Positions 21,283 to 31,151 of a DNA stretch of 64,000 nucleotides are shown piece by piece. The notes beneath the pieces were generated by a model that was given only the letters and a program-made list of their open reading frames with translations, did not search any database and was not told where the DNA came from. Within the stretch, counting starts at the first letter, position 1. Each line of letters opens with the position of its first letter. Source of the DNA: an uncultured delta proteobacterium (GTDB taxonomy: Bacteria; Myxococcota_A; Polyangia; Polyangiales; Polyangiaceae); contig CAVOKF010000006.1 in assembly GCA_963696385.1 (NCBI GenBank), forward strand, positions 352,001 through 416,000, written 5' to 3'. Made by a program: the position numbers and the translations under genes.

Positions 21283-21936
21283 TTGAGCGTTGCCATTCAT
21301 CGCAGGTCGAGCGACCCGGCGCGAACGGCTGCCGTGCGCTTGCTTGCCTCCACGATGACCGATGCCGATCTGGCCGAGGCGCTCAAGCGACGGGAGCCGG
21401 GCGCGTCGGAGCTGCTCTACGAGCGCTACGGGCCCTATGTGGAGCGGCTGGTGGTGCGCGCGATGGGTCTGGATCCCGAAGTTCCCGACCTCATCAACGA
21501 AGTATTCGCCCGCGCGCTCGAAGGCGTAAGGGGCTTGCGTCAATCGTCTGCGCTCAAAGGATGGATCGGCAGCGTCGCGCTCTTCACGGCTCGGAGATTT
21601 TTGCGAAGCCGGCGAACGCGCCGCCGCTGGGTCAGCGCATTTTCGCTCGATGAGGTTCCGGAGACGGCGGCCACCGTCGCGTCGCCCGAGGTGAGCCAGA
21701 CGCTGGTGCGCACGTACGCGGTGCTCGACGCTCTGCCCGCCGACGAGCGAATCGCGTTCGCGTTGCGCTTCGTCGACGGCATGGAGCTGCACGAAGTCGC
21801 GCAGGTCACCCGGGTCTCGCTGGCGACCGTGAAACGTAGGCTCGTCCGCGCCCAGCAGATCTTTTGGGATCGGGCGCGTCAGGATCCGATTCTGCGAGAG
21901 CATGCGCCATTGTCCGGGGAGGGGGAGCCAACGTGA
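21283..21936 (+). CDS. ECF sigma factor (cassette 2)
   Basis: DLINEVF; RIAFALRFVDGMELHEVA....SLATVKRRL; start TTG 21283 or ATG 21355. Confidence 0.9.
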   Translation: MSVAIHRRSSDPARTAAVRLLASTMTDADLAEALKRREPGASELLYERYGPYVERLVVRAMGLDPEVPDLINEVFARALEGVRGLRQSSALKGWIGSVALFTARRFLRSRRTRRRWVSAFSLDEVPETAATVASPEVSQTLVRTYAVLDALPADERIAFALRFVDGMELHEVAQVTRVSLATVKRRLVRAQQIFWDRARQDPILREHAPLSGEGEPT

Positions 21937-23210
21937 GCCCGAACGAGCGTCTCTGGGAGGCCATTCGCGGCGAGCAGGATCGGGCCCGCGTGCGCGCTCG
22001 CTACTTGGCCGTTGCCAAGGCGCGCCGGGCGATGGCCAAACCCGCGACGCGCGTCCGTCGCGATCGCCGGCTTTGGTGGGCTGCCGTCGCCGTGTTGCCG
22101 GCGATAGCCGCGGCGGCGCTGTGGGTGGTGCGATGGCGGTCGTCCGCCCCGGATCTGACCTTCGTCGAGGCGGACGGTCAGATCGGCCGCGTGGGCGTGC
22201 CCATCGCGGCGCCGCCGACAGCTCCGTGGCCGTTGAAGTTTTCGGATGGTTCGCTCGTTTCGCTGTCCGCAGGAGCGCACGCGCGCGTCAGCGCCGTGAA
22301 CGCCAACGGTGCCCGCATCGTGGTCGATCGGGGCGGGGCGAGCGCGTCGGTCGTCCACCGGGGCCGCAGCCGGTGGGTCCTCGACGTCGGCCCGTTCGAG
22401 GTTCTCGTATCGGGCACGCGGTTCGACGTGAACTGGGATTCGAACGAAGAGGTGTTTCGGCTGGATCTGCAAGAGGGCTCGGTGCTCGTGTCGGGCCCGT
22501 GCATGCACGAGCCCAAGTCCGTCGCGCGAGGCGACCATCTGCGGGTGTCGTGCCGATCGAAGCGCGAAAGTGCGGGCGAAGCGCCCGCGCGCCCGGACGG
22601 ATCCGCTGAAAATGGATCGCCCCATCCGGATCCGGGAGCGACGAGAGCCGTGGGGGGCGGCGCGGACGCCGGCACCGCGGACACGACCGCGGTCCATGCG
22701 ATCGTGCGGGCCGCCGCGCGCGCCACGACGGCCACTGCGAGCGTGTTGGAAACGGACGCGTGGCGGGCCCTGGTGGACACCGGGCGCTATCGGCAGGCCC
22801 TTGATCTCGTCGAGCGGCGCGGTTTCGAGGAGCAGTGTCGTCTCGCCCCCGGCCCCGATTTGCTCGAACTCGGAGACGTCGCGCGGTTTGCCGGCGACGC
22901 CAACCGCGCTCGCCAGGCCTATGTCGCGGCGCGCGACAAGCTGCCCGCCGGGGGCCGGAGCGCGTACGGTCTAGGGTTGATCGCTTTCGATCAGGAAAGA
23001 GACTTTACCGGGGCCGCGCAATGGTTCGAGACCTATCTCGTCGAGCAGCCGGAGGGGGATCTTCGGCGCGAGGCCGCGGGCCGCGCGATGGAGGCGTGGC
23101 AGCTCGCCGGCGAGGGGGCCAAGGCGCGTGCCGCCGCCCAACGGTATCTTCGGCTGTACCCGAACGGGTTGCAGGCGCCGCTCGCTCGGCAGCTCGCGAC
23201 GGGTTTCTGA
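21933..23210 (+). CDS. FecR-domain anti-sigma/sensor with TPR
   Basis: TM, FSDGS, GPFEVLVSGTRFDV, GSVLVSGP, YLRLYPNG; GTGA overlap; paralog of 1082..2359. Confidence 0.85.
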   Translation: MSPNERLWEAIRGEQDRARVRARYLAVAKARRAMAKPATRVRRDRRLWWAAVAVLPAIAAAALWVVRWRSSAPDLTFVEADGQIGRVGVPIAAPPTAPWPLKFSDGSLVSLSAGAHARVSAVNANGARIVVDRGGASASVVHRGRSRWVLDVGPFEVLVSGTRFDVNWDSNEEVFRLDLQEGSVLVSGPCMHEPKSVARGDHLRVSCRSKRESAGEAPARPDGSAENGSPHPDPGATRAVGGGADAGTADTTAVHAIVRAAARATTATASVLETDAWRALVDTGRYRQALDLVERRGFEEQCRLAPGPDLLELGDVARFAGDANRARQAYVAARDKLPAGGRSAYGLGLIAFDQERDFTGAAQWFETYLVEQPEGDLRREAAGRAMEAWQLAGEGAKARAAAQRYLRLYPNGLQAPLARQLATGF

Positions 23211-24271
23211 TGCCCTCATGGGCGCGATGCCCTTTCCACATCGCTCGCATCGCCGCCCTGGGCGGCATTCTGCTCCGCCATGTGCCCGCTGCAGGCGCCG
23301 AGCCTTCGCCGCCCTCGCGTGCGACGATTCTCTTGATCGACGCCGGCGATGATGCGGCGGCGACGCGTGTGGCGGCCGAACTGCGAGCCTCGGGCCTGGC
23401 GGTAACGACCGTCCAAGACGATCCTGCGACACGCACCGATTTCGACATTCAGCTCCTATCGCGATCGGCGAATGCCGTTGCCGCGATCGACATCGACCCC
23501 GACGTCGGAGAGGTGCGGATATGGACCGTCACTCGATCGACCGGACAAATCGTTTTGCGCTCGCTCGTGCGCCTCGACGACGATCCCGAGGTCGTGGCGT
23601 TGCGCGCAGTCGAAGCGCTGCGTGCCTCGCTCAACGACCCGACATGGTCTGCGCCGCCTCCGATCGCGCCGGCCCCCGCCGTGCCCATGGCTGCACGCGC
23701 CGGGGTGCCCCCCGCCTTACCCGAAAGCCCTCGTGCGAGCGCGCCGGCGACCGCACGCCCGGCGTTCGGTGCCTCCCTGGGGCCCGCTTTGGCTTCGGGC
23801 GGCGGCCACTTCGGTGGCTCGTGGCAGGTGTTCGGCTCGCTCGACTGGTTTTGGGCGCCGCGTTGGGGCGTCGAGCTGATGGGAATGGCGCCGGTCACGA
23901 GCGCGCACCGGACGGAAAGTGCGGGAACGGCCACGCTGGTCTTCGCGCTCGTCGCCGCCGGTCTTCGCGCGCGGGCTCTGGCGGCGCGGTGGTGTGTTCT
24001 CGACTTCAGCGCCGGCATCGGCACGGCAGCCCTTTACACCCAAGGCTCGCCGAATCCAGGCTTTTACGGGACCGGGGGCACCACGTGGGTGGCCACGCCC
24101 TACGCGCGGATGGGATACGGCGTGGCGGTCCACCCGCACGTATGGCTTCGAGCGGACGTGACCGGACTTTACGCGACTCCGCGCCCGACCTTCGCGACGG
24201 CCCAGGATTTGGCCTCGTGGGGAGAGCCGCTCTTGCTCGCGTCGGTTGGCGTCGAAGTGGCCTTTCGCTGA
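23210..24271 (+). CDS. Secreted/outer-membrane beta-barrel-like hypothetical protein (cassette 2)
   Basis: Signal peptide, RVAAELRASG, Pro linker, amphipathic strands ending VGVEVAFR; TGATG overlap. Confidence 0.7.
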   Translation: MPSWARCPFHIARIAALGGILLRHVPAAGAEPSPPSRATILLIDAGDDAAATRVAAELRASGLAVTTVQDDPATRTDFDIQLLSRSANAVAAIDIDPDVGEVRIWTVTRSTGQIVLRSLVRLDDDPEVVALRAVEALRASLNDPTWSAPPPIAPAPAVPMAARAGVPPALPESPRASAPATARPAFGASLGPALASGGGHFGGSWQVFGSLDWFWAPRWGVELMGMAPVTSAHRTESAGTATLVFALVAAGLRARALAARWCVLDFSAGIGTAALYTQGSPNPGFYGTGGTTWVATPYARMGYGVAVHPHVWLRADVTGLYATPRPTFATAQDLASWGEPLLLASVGVEVAFR

Positions 24272-24281
24272 TCATGGCCCG

Positions 24282-24521
24282 TCAGCTCGATCCCAACAAT
24301 CCGTCGTTGGGCCCCCCGTCGGGGACGGCGCTGTCCCATGTTTCGCTGCCGCTGTCGGCCTCTTCGGGTAAGGTCGCCTCGGAATCGCTCCGCGCATCGG
24401 CGTTGTTCCTGCCGCCGTCCGCAGGAGTGTCGGGGTTGTAGCGATTGATGACGTAGCTCGTACAGCCGAGTCCGAGTGACATCCACGTGGCCATCCCGGC
24501 GAGCTTGGCTCGGGCGCGCAT
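24282..24521 (-). CDS. Small putative lipoprotein, possibly truncated
   Basis: LGLGC lipobox-like motif then an acidic DGG linker with no folded domain. Confidence 0.35.
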   Translation of the reverse strand: MRARAKLAGMATWMSLGLGCTSYVINRYNPDTPADGGRNNADARSDSEATLPEEADSGSETWDSAVPDGGPNDGLLGSS

Positions 24522-24600
24522 CCCGGCTGCGGATACTGGTCGCGACCCGCTGCCAGCGCCATTGGAATTCGATTTGCCATGCAACATCGGTTACTTGGGC

Positions 24601-24705
24601 GCGACCCTCGACCTCCACCGATCGACCTCGACCAATCGACCTCGACCGATCGACCTCGACCCTCGACCCTCGACCTCGACCCTCGACCTCGACCTTACCT
24701 CGACC
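24601..24705. repeat. Degenerate TCGACC tandem array
   Basis: About 15 TCGACC/CTCGACC/GATCGACC units read directly. Confidence 0.9.
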
Positions 24706-24937
24706 GGGTCTGACGAAGTCTCGTCGTCGTTCGACGGGGGTTCGTCGCGTTGGACGCAGGCCCTTTCGGTCGGCATCAATCCGCCAAAAGCGATGGGCGC
24801 GCGATGAAGGCCCAAAGTTGACGGTGCGGGCCCAACCGCAGTCTGCGCCGCGGCGGCCCGCCATTTGCTGTGGTGATGTCCGGTCGGGCGCGAACTCGGG
24901 GCATGGGCTCCCCTTCGGCCCGCGGGAGAGAAGCGAA

Positions 24938-26401
24938 TTGCGCCGAGCATTGGGTGGTCTCCATCGACAGCGCGTTGTTTCGCCGGTTTGCCGGTGGCTT
25001 GTGCTGGGCCTCGCCGCCTCGGTCGGCGGTTGTTTCTCGGATCCGACCACGCCTCCGACCACGCCTGCGGCACAGACGACGACCGGCGACGACGCCGCCG
25101 TCTCGAGCCAACCGACGGTGACCATCGTGCGCGGGCAGGGGTCTCCGATATCGCCGTTCGCCTTCGGTCAGAACTACTGGGATTGGGTGGATTATAGCAA
25201 TTCCGGTGTCACCGGATTGACCGGGACCGAACCCCTCGTGACCGCGCTGCAGCTCAACGTCATCCGGGCCGGCGGAAACAACAACGATACGAATTCTCCC
25301 TCGCCGTTCGACACGAACCAAATCGACAAGTTCGTTGCGTACTGCCGCACCGTAGGCGCAGAGCCGATCCTGCAGGTCCCGCTCGTGGCCGACGGCGACG
25401 GCGGAGCGGCGACCGCGCAAAACGCGGCCGATATGGTCACGTATGCCAATGGGACGATGGGCTACGGCATCAAGTACTGGGAAATCGGCAACGAACCGGA
25501 CCTCTACCCCACGGACCTCGACGCGGGCTTTCCCGTCCAGAACGCGGCGGACTACTGCACGCAATTTTCCGCCTACGCCACGGCGATGAGGGCGGCGAAC
25601 GCCGCTGCGTCCGACGGTGGCGTGGCCCTTGCGCTTCTCGGACCCGAACTCTCGTACAAATACGTCGCCGGCAACGATTGGCTCACCCCCTTCTTGGACG
25701 GCTGCAAGGACGACGTGGACATCGTCACCGTCCATCGATATCCGTTCAGCGGGCCGGAGACTTCCGTGCAAGGCGCCCTGACGGACGTCCGGTCGTTCCA
25801 ATCGACCGTGAATGCGGTGGCCGCGATCGTCAAGGGACACGCCCGGCCGGGCACACCGTTCGGGATCACCGAGGCGAACATCTCGTATGCGTACGCTCTC
25901 AGCTCCTTCACGGCGTCTTCTCTCATCGCGGCGCCGGGTACGTTTTACGCGGCGCTCTGGACGGCCGACGTCCTGGGAGCCGCACTCGAAAACAACCTCT
26001 GGACACTCGCTTTTTGGAACATCGGCGAGACGAGCGAGACCGCGTCGGTTTTGGGCTTCATCACGGCCGACCAGCCCGATCCCGCTTACTATGCGCAGTG
26101 GTTGGTGTCGTCGAACTTTCGGGGCCAAATCCTCGCGCCGACCGGCGTCCCGGCAGGATTTTCGGTCTATGCGAGTTACGACGCGACGGCCGGGTCGACC
26201 TCCGTCCTCGTTCTCAACAAGACGACGGCATCGAGTGGCCTCACGCTGGCGGTCGACACCCTTGCGCCCCAAGCGCTCGTCTTCCCCGCGCTCTCGATGT
26301 CCGTCGTGCACATTCCCGACTCCGCGGACGGCGGGACGCACGTCCTTCGCTACACGGCCGACCTGGCGGATGCCGGAACGGCTCCCCAGACGATTCAGTG
26401 A
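24938..26401 (+). CDS. Clan GH-A glycoside hydrolase lipoprotein (GH44/GH51/GH79-like)
   Basis: VGGC lipobox; IRAGG; KYWEIGNEPD acid/base; VHRYP; GITEAN nucleophile; TTG start with GGGAG upstream. Confidence 0.8.
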   Translation: MRRALGGLHRQRVVSPVCRWLVLGLAASVGGCFSDPTTPPTTPAAQTTTGDDAAVSSQPTVTIVRGQGSPISPFAFGQNYWDWVDYSNSGVTGLTGTEPLVTALQLNVIRAGGNNNDTNSPSPFDTNQIDKFVAYCRTVGAEPILQVPLVADGDGGAATAQNAADMVTYANGTMGYGIKYWEIGNEPDLYPTDLDAGFPVQNAADYCTQFSAYATAMRAANAAASDGGVALALLGPELSYKYVAGNDWLTPFLDGCKDDVDIVTVHRYPFSGPETSVQGALTDVRSFQSTVNAVAAIVKGHARPGTPFGITEANISYAYALSSFTASSLIAAPGTFYAALWTADVLGAALENNLWTLAFWNIGETSETASVLGFITADQPDPAYYAQWLVSSNFRGQILAPTGVPAGFSVYASYDATAGSTSVLVLNKTTASSGLTLAVDTLAPQALVFPALSMSVVHIPDSADGGTHVLRYTADLADAGTAPQTIQ

Positions 26402-26537
26402 CGCGGCCCGCGCGTCAGCGCTCACTCCGAGCGTCGAAATCGCGCATAGCGGGCGCCGGACCGCGATGCGCACAGGCAGCGTCGATCGACGCGACCGAAC
26501 CCGCACCGATGGCGCCGGACGCGTCGTCGAGCACGCC

Positions 26538-27926
26538 TCAGAACGGCAGCCCACGTCGTCCGAGCCACGATCGTGCGGGGCTGACGTGGCGGGAATGCAC
26601 GGGACGTTCCCGATGCATGTGCGACATGGGCCTTCGGGCGCCGGTGCCAAGTGGGATGTGTGCGTCGACGGCGTCCGCAGGCGACATCACCGCGATCGGC
26701 CAGAAGTGACCCGCCAGCGGGCCCTCGGCGTTGCCGGAGAACGAAATGAGCGATCCGTCGGCCTCGCCCGTGTCGAGCGATCCGGGATCCTGAAGAAGCG
26801 TCACCGTCACCTGCACCGCTGAGCCGTCGTGCACTTGAATCAGCGGGCCTCCATCGCTACCTACCCCGCCGCCGATCGCGAAACTCAGAACCGGAGCCGC
26901 CGAATCGCTCCAGTCCTGCGCCGTCAGGGTCCAGTCGCCCATCGGCGCGGACGCGAACGCATCCACCTCGAAGGTCACGCTCTCGCCGACGGCGACGATG
27001 AAGAAGGCCTGCCTGGGCGCGGCGTTGAAATAGACATCGCCGGCGGCCGGCAGCGGGTTGCAGGGGTCCAGTCCGGAGGTCGCTTGGGAGTTCGACCAGA
27101 TGCGTTGAACCGTAAACACGGCGTCGCTCGTTTCATCCTGGTCCAAACCCAAAAAATCGACGCACATGTCGGCGGCTTCGCCCCCGCCGGTCACGTCGAT
27201 CCAGCCCCAATTGTTCGGATCGGTGTCGTCGATCGCAAAGGCGGTCGGGGGAACGGGGTCCGTCGAGGCCTCCACGATCTCGTGGCTCGCCGTCATCGTC
27301 GTGTTCTGAAGAGCCGTAAGCGTCGCAATATTTGGAAATGGCGAGGCGATCGGTTCGCACTCGATGGCGGCGACGTAGGGCACCTGTTGCGAGCCGAACA
27401 TCATCGAATTGTGATAGCCGCCGAAGCCGCCCTCGACGCAACTGTCGGCGCCGTCGAGGGAAATGGTCGTCGTACTGGGAAAATAAAGTACGTACAGCGT
27501 GTCGGATGTCGAATTCGAATCAGGCATGGGCAATACGCCGTTGGTGATCGCGCTCTTGAGCCATTCCTGAAGTGTCGAGGCGCCGTTCTGGTCCGAATCG
27601 GTGTACTGGGTCGCCGCCGGCGTCGGCACTTGCACCGTGATGCCCTGCGGTCCGTCGCCGACGCACGTCGCGCCACCGCTTGCGCAATAGCCCGACCGGA
27701 CCGCGTCCCACCAGGCCGAGGACGCCACCGTTTGACCGAACGCCTCGAGCTCGGCCGCCATCGGATCCCCCTCGAACGTGACGGTTACGACCAGGGGCGC
27801 CGTCAGCAGAGGTCCACCGCTATACACTTCGAGTGGCAACGAAGCGTGCCCGCCGCTCTGGCCGACGGGCGATCCGCAGGCGGCTACGGCCAAGACCCAT
27901 CCTGACGCGAAACGCGACGTGTGCAT
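26538..27926 (-). CDS. Lipoprotein with phosphate-induced (Phi-1/EXORDIUM)-like motifs
   Basis: VAAC lipobox; LYVLYFP, C...GGYH, SHEIVEASTDP, GEAADMC, VQRIWSN. Confidence 0.65.
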   Translation of the reverse strand: MHTSRFASGWVLAVAACGSPVGQSGGHASLPLEVYSGGPLLTAPLVVTVTFEGDPMAAELEAFGQTVASSAWWDAVRSGYCASGGATCVGDGPQGITVQVPTPAATQYTDSDQNGASTLQEWLKSAITNGVLPMPDSNSTSDTLYVLYFPSTTTISLDGADSCVEGGFGGYHNSMMFGSQQVPYVAAIECEPIASPFPNIATLTALQNTTMTASHEIVEASTDPVPPTAFAIDDTDPNNWGWIDVTGGGEAADMCVDFLGLDQDETSDAVFTVQRIWSNSQATSGLDPCNPLPAAGDVYFNAAPRQAFFIVAVGESVTFEVDAFASAPMGDWTLTAQDWSDSAAPVLSFAIGGGVGSDGGPLIQVHDGSAVQVTVTLLQDPGSLDTGEADGSLISFSGNAEGPLAGHFWPIAVMSPADAVDAHIPLGTGARRPMSHMHRERPVHSRHVSPARSWLGRRGLPF

Positions 27927-28164
27927 TCCCCTCGAAGGGTACTTGGGCATCCCGCGAGCGGCTACCGCTGCCCCGGGTGCCGATCCGCCTTCCGACGAGC
28001 GGACGCTGTCGGCCGACGAGTCGCGGGCCCGGGGCTTCACGGTGCGCGGCTGGGAACAGGGCCGTTGCCCGTCGCAAGGTACGTCCGGCGCGAGGTACGC
28101 GCACGGCACCCTACCCTGGCGCGGTTCCGAAGAGGACCGCTAGAGCGCCAACCCGTTCGGTGCT

Positions 28165-29142
28165 CTAGGCCTGCCCGACTTCGGCCACCCTCGGTTGCCG
28201 AGAACGCGATCCGTCTTCGGCAGCGAATTTCGTGTCGGCCGCCGGGCGGCCTTGATTGCCGCCATGGGCCGCCGCGACCTGCACGAGACCCTCGTGGCCG
28301 CGTCGGCGAAAGTACTCCGTCTCGATGAAGGACTGGAACTCGCGAAAGCTGACGGACTGACTCGAAATCGAATTGAGATCGCACGTTTCGTTGAGCAGCG
28401 TCATCGCGCGAAGCATCGTGCTCGCGGCCGTAAACAGCGCGGGCGTCGAGTAAAGAACGATCTTGAAGCCCAGTTCGTGCAGCTCGCGCGACGTGAGGAT
28501 AGGCGTCTTGCCTCCGAAGATCAGATTGATGACCTTGTGACCCGGGACCTCGACGCCGACTCGCTTCAAGGCGTCGAGCGACGGCAGGCCGTCGATCAGA
28601 ACGACGTCCGCGCCCGCAGCGTGAAACTGCTTGGCCCGAAGGATCCCCTCGTCGATCGACATCGCGTCGGTTCGTGCGACCACGCACATCGGAGTCTGTC
28701 GCGCCTTGAGGGCGCAATCGAGTTTTCGCATGTACTGGTCGAGCGGAATGATTTGTTTGCCCCCGGCGTGCCCGCAGCGCTTGGGAAACACCTGGTCTTC
28801 CAAGATCATGGCCGCCGATCCCGCGCGCTCGAGCTCGTTGACCGTGCGCACGACGTTGTCTTCGTTGCCGTATCCGTTGTCGGCATCGACGACCAACGGA
28901 ATGTGCAGGGCGCCGGCGACGCTTCTCGTCACGGCTGCGGTCTCGACAAGGCTGGTCAGGCCGATGTCCGGAGCCCCGAGCAAGCTCGCGGCGATCCCGT
29001 AGCCGCTCATGAAAACGGCTTTGAATCCCGCCTTTTCGAGAATCATGGCGCTCAGAACGTCGTAACAGCCGGGGATCTCGATTCCTCCGGGACTTGCGAG
29101 CAAGGTCCGTAAATGTTCGGCCATTCCATTGGTTGATTGCAT
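28165..29142 (-). CDS. Isocitrate lyase/PEP mutase family enzyme (methylisocitrate lyase/oxaloacetate hydrolase-like)
   Basis: GCYD..SA, SGY, DADNGYG, EDQ..PKRCGH, ARTD; GGAGG RBS. Confidence 0.9.
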   Translation of the reverse strand: MQSTNGMAEHLRTLLASPGGIEIPGCYDVLSAMILEKAGFKAVFMSGYGIAASLLGAPDIGLTSLVETAAVTRSVAGALHIPLVVDADNGYGNEDNVVRTVNELERAGSAAMILEDQVFPKRCGHAGGKQIIPLDQYMRKLDCALKARQTPMCVVARTDAMSIDEGILRAKQFHAAGADVVLIDGLPSLDALKRVGVEVPGHKVINLIFGGKTPILTSRELHELGFKIVLYSTPALFTAASTMLRAMTLLNETCDLNSISSQSVSFREFQSFIETEYFRRRGHEGLVQVAAAHGGNQGRPAADTKFAAEDGSRSRQPRVAEVGQA

Positions 29143-29191
29143 GAAAAAATACCTCCAATTGTGTCGAGGCCCCCTCGTCGCCAGGCGACGG

Positions 29192-30718
29192 TCATTGAGC
29201 TTCGCAATATCCGAGATTGCACGCCGGCCGCGCCGGATCGGTGCAATCGCTCGCGCCCGTGCACGGCAAACACGCCGAAGAAGGAGCCCCGCTGACGGTC
29301 GCCTCGAAGTAGCAGCCGCACTCGAATGGCGGAGTGTAGACCGACAGCGGTCCGAGCTCGGCGCTCCGCTGAACCTGCATCGCGCACGACGGCACGAGGC
29401 TCGACGCGATGAACGCGGTGATGAGCTCTTGGGCGAGGTTCGGCACGGACACGACCGAAACGAACGCGGCGGCACCGGGCGAGATCGGAAGGCCGTTCGA
29501 TACCGCGGTGAAAAAATGCACCGGCCCCCAGATCGGATAGTGACCGTCGCGCACGTTCTGCTTGTCCTTTTGGAACGGCGTGGAATCGGGCAAGTACGCG
29601 CAGTCCTGTCCGTCGGCCATGAAGGCCAGGGCATTGAGGTTCGCGCGGTCGCTGTCGTAGTAGTCGGTCGAGATGATCCCGATGGCCTGGTTGGCGATCG
29701 TCGGATCCGAAATGATGCGAAGGTCGGAATCGACGTTTGCGGCGCTGCCCCGATCGATGCCCCAAAATTGACCCGCAGGAACCCCGATGGCTTTGCCGAT
29801 CATTTGTTGGGTGCCGGTTCCCTGGTTGCGAACGAAGTAGAGGGCGGGGTTGGTCCACGGCACGGTCGCGCCGGCGCCACCCATCCCGAAGACGGCCCGT
29901 GCGGCTTCGGCGCTGATGGCGTGCTGCTGCGACGCGCCCGGAACGACGAACGCCATCGCCTGAATCGGTCCGAGATACTCTTGGACGCCGTCGGGCGGCG
30001 TTCCGTAGCCGCTGCACGTGGATGCGAAGATGTCCGATTCACCCACGTCGACCGGGGCCCCGCTCGGCCCGAGCGTGCACGGCACCGCGGTACCGTCCGA
30101 TTGATAATAGGTCGCGTATTTGCCCGTGGTGTTCGGGGCCGGATCGGTAATCACGTGAGTGGACGGGTCGGACCCGAGCACCGAAGCGACCCCTGTGCAC
30201 GAGTTGGTGACTTGATATATGGGAGTGTATTGCGCGTTGAGGATGAGCGGTGCGAGCTTGGCCAAGAGCGGCGGGAAGTTGCTGGATCCCGTGAGGACCA
30301 CCACCGACGCACGCCCGTTGTTGGGGTCGATGCAACTGGGCAAGGCGGGGCCTGCGTCGCCGCCATCGCCGTTGTCGACCGCGGCCGCCGCACCGGCCTC
30401 GGCCGGCGGAGGAGCGACGAGCGCGGCGTCGGTGTCGGCCGCGTTACCGCACAACCCGGCCGCGCAGTTGTCGAATGACAGGCACTGCGCCGTGCTGCAC
30501 TGATTGAGAAAATCGGTCGGTTGCTGCGGCGTTCCGTAGAAGCAGTCGGCCGGTGACAGCCCGGACGGCACGCAGACGCCGGCTTGGCAATAGGGATGGG
30601 TTCCGAAACGCGCACAGTCCGAATCGACCTCGCACTGCGTCGCGCTCCTGTCGATGAGCGCGGTACAGGCCGCAGAGGCCGCAAAGATCGCGATCGTGAT
30701 CGTCACCTTCAAGTCCAT
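29192..30718 (-). CDS. Cys-rich lipoprotein with PBP/PstS-like substrate-binding domain
   Basis: SAAC lipobox; VLTGSS, RNQGTGTQ, AIG, DGHYPIWGP; Cys modules at both ends; start 30718 or 30748. Confidence 0.7.
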   Translation of the reverse strand: MDLKVTITIAIFAASAACTALIDRSATQCEVDSDCARFGTHPYCQAGVCVPSGLSPADCFYGTPQQPTDFLNQCSTAQCLSFDNCAAGLCGNAADTDAALVAPPPAEAGAAAAVDNGDGGDAGPALPSCIDPNNGRASVVVLTGSSNFPPLLAKLAPLILNAQYTPIYQVTNSCTGVASVLGSDPSTHVITDPAPNTTGKYATYYQSDGTAVPCTLGPSGAPVDVGESDIFASTCSGYGTPPDGVQEYLGPIQAMAFVVPGASQQHAISAEAARAVFGMGGAGATVPWTNPALYFVRNQGTGTQQMIGKAIGVPAGQFWGIDRGSAANVDSDLRIISDPTIANQAIGIISTDYYDSDRANLNALAFMADGQDCAYLPDSTPFQKDKQNVRDGHYPIWGPVHFFTAVSNGLPISPGAAAFVSVVSVPNLAQELITAFIASSLVPSCAMQVQRSAELGPLSVYTPPFECGCYFEATVSGAPSSACLPCTGASDCTDPARPACNLGYCEAQ

Positions 30719-30765
30719 CCCACGGCCCGGGCGCATGCGACGCATCATCTCGATGCCGGCTCCAA

Positions 30766-30782
30766 CGCACGATACGGGCCAT
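30766..30782 (-). promoter_or_regulatory. Putative sigma54 -24/-12 promoter
   Basis: Minus strand ATGGCCCG-TATC-GTGCG upstream of the PBP-like lipoprotein. Confidence 0.4.
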
Positions 30783-31151
30783 CCTGCCGATTGCCTTGCA
30801 GCGAGCGTCTTGCCTGCGAAAAAAGGGCAGCGTCGTCGTCGGAATCCCTTCGGCGTGGTGCGGTCACCGGGCATCATTGAGGACGAACAGCAGCGACGAG
30901 GTAGGGGGGACCCTCGGCGAGAAGCGGCTCGCCCGTGTGCCGCTGTCGGCGGCTCTGCTCGGTTGGGCCGGCACAGTGGCGACGTCCGAGCGCTGCGACG
31001 ATGCCCGCCACCCAGGCGGAAAGCGCACTGGCCGTCGGCGGCGTGGAGTCCGGCCCGCCGACCCGCGCGGGGGGGTTGCGACACTTGACGACGCTGCGGC
31101 GAAGGGGCAGGGTCGCGTCGTCTCTACGGACGGTGAACTCGGACCTGCGAC

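Noticed and set aside
24601..24705. Repeat arrays as CRISPR (also 3128, 40915, 51191)
   Set aside because: Short-period tandem units without unique spacers; no cas genes
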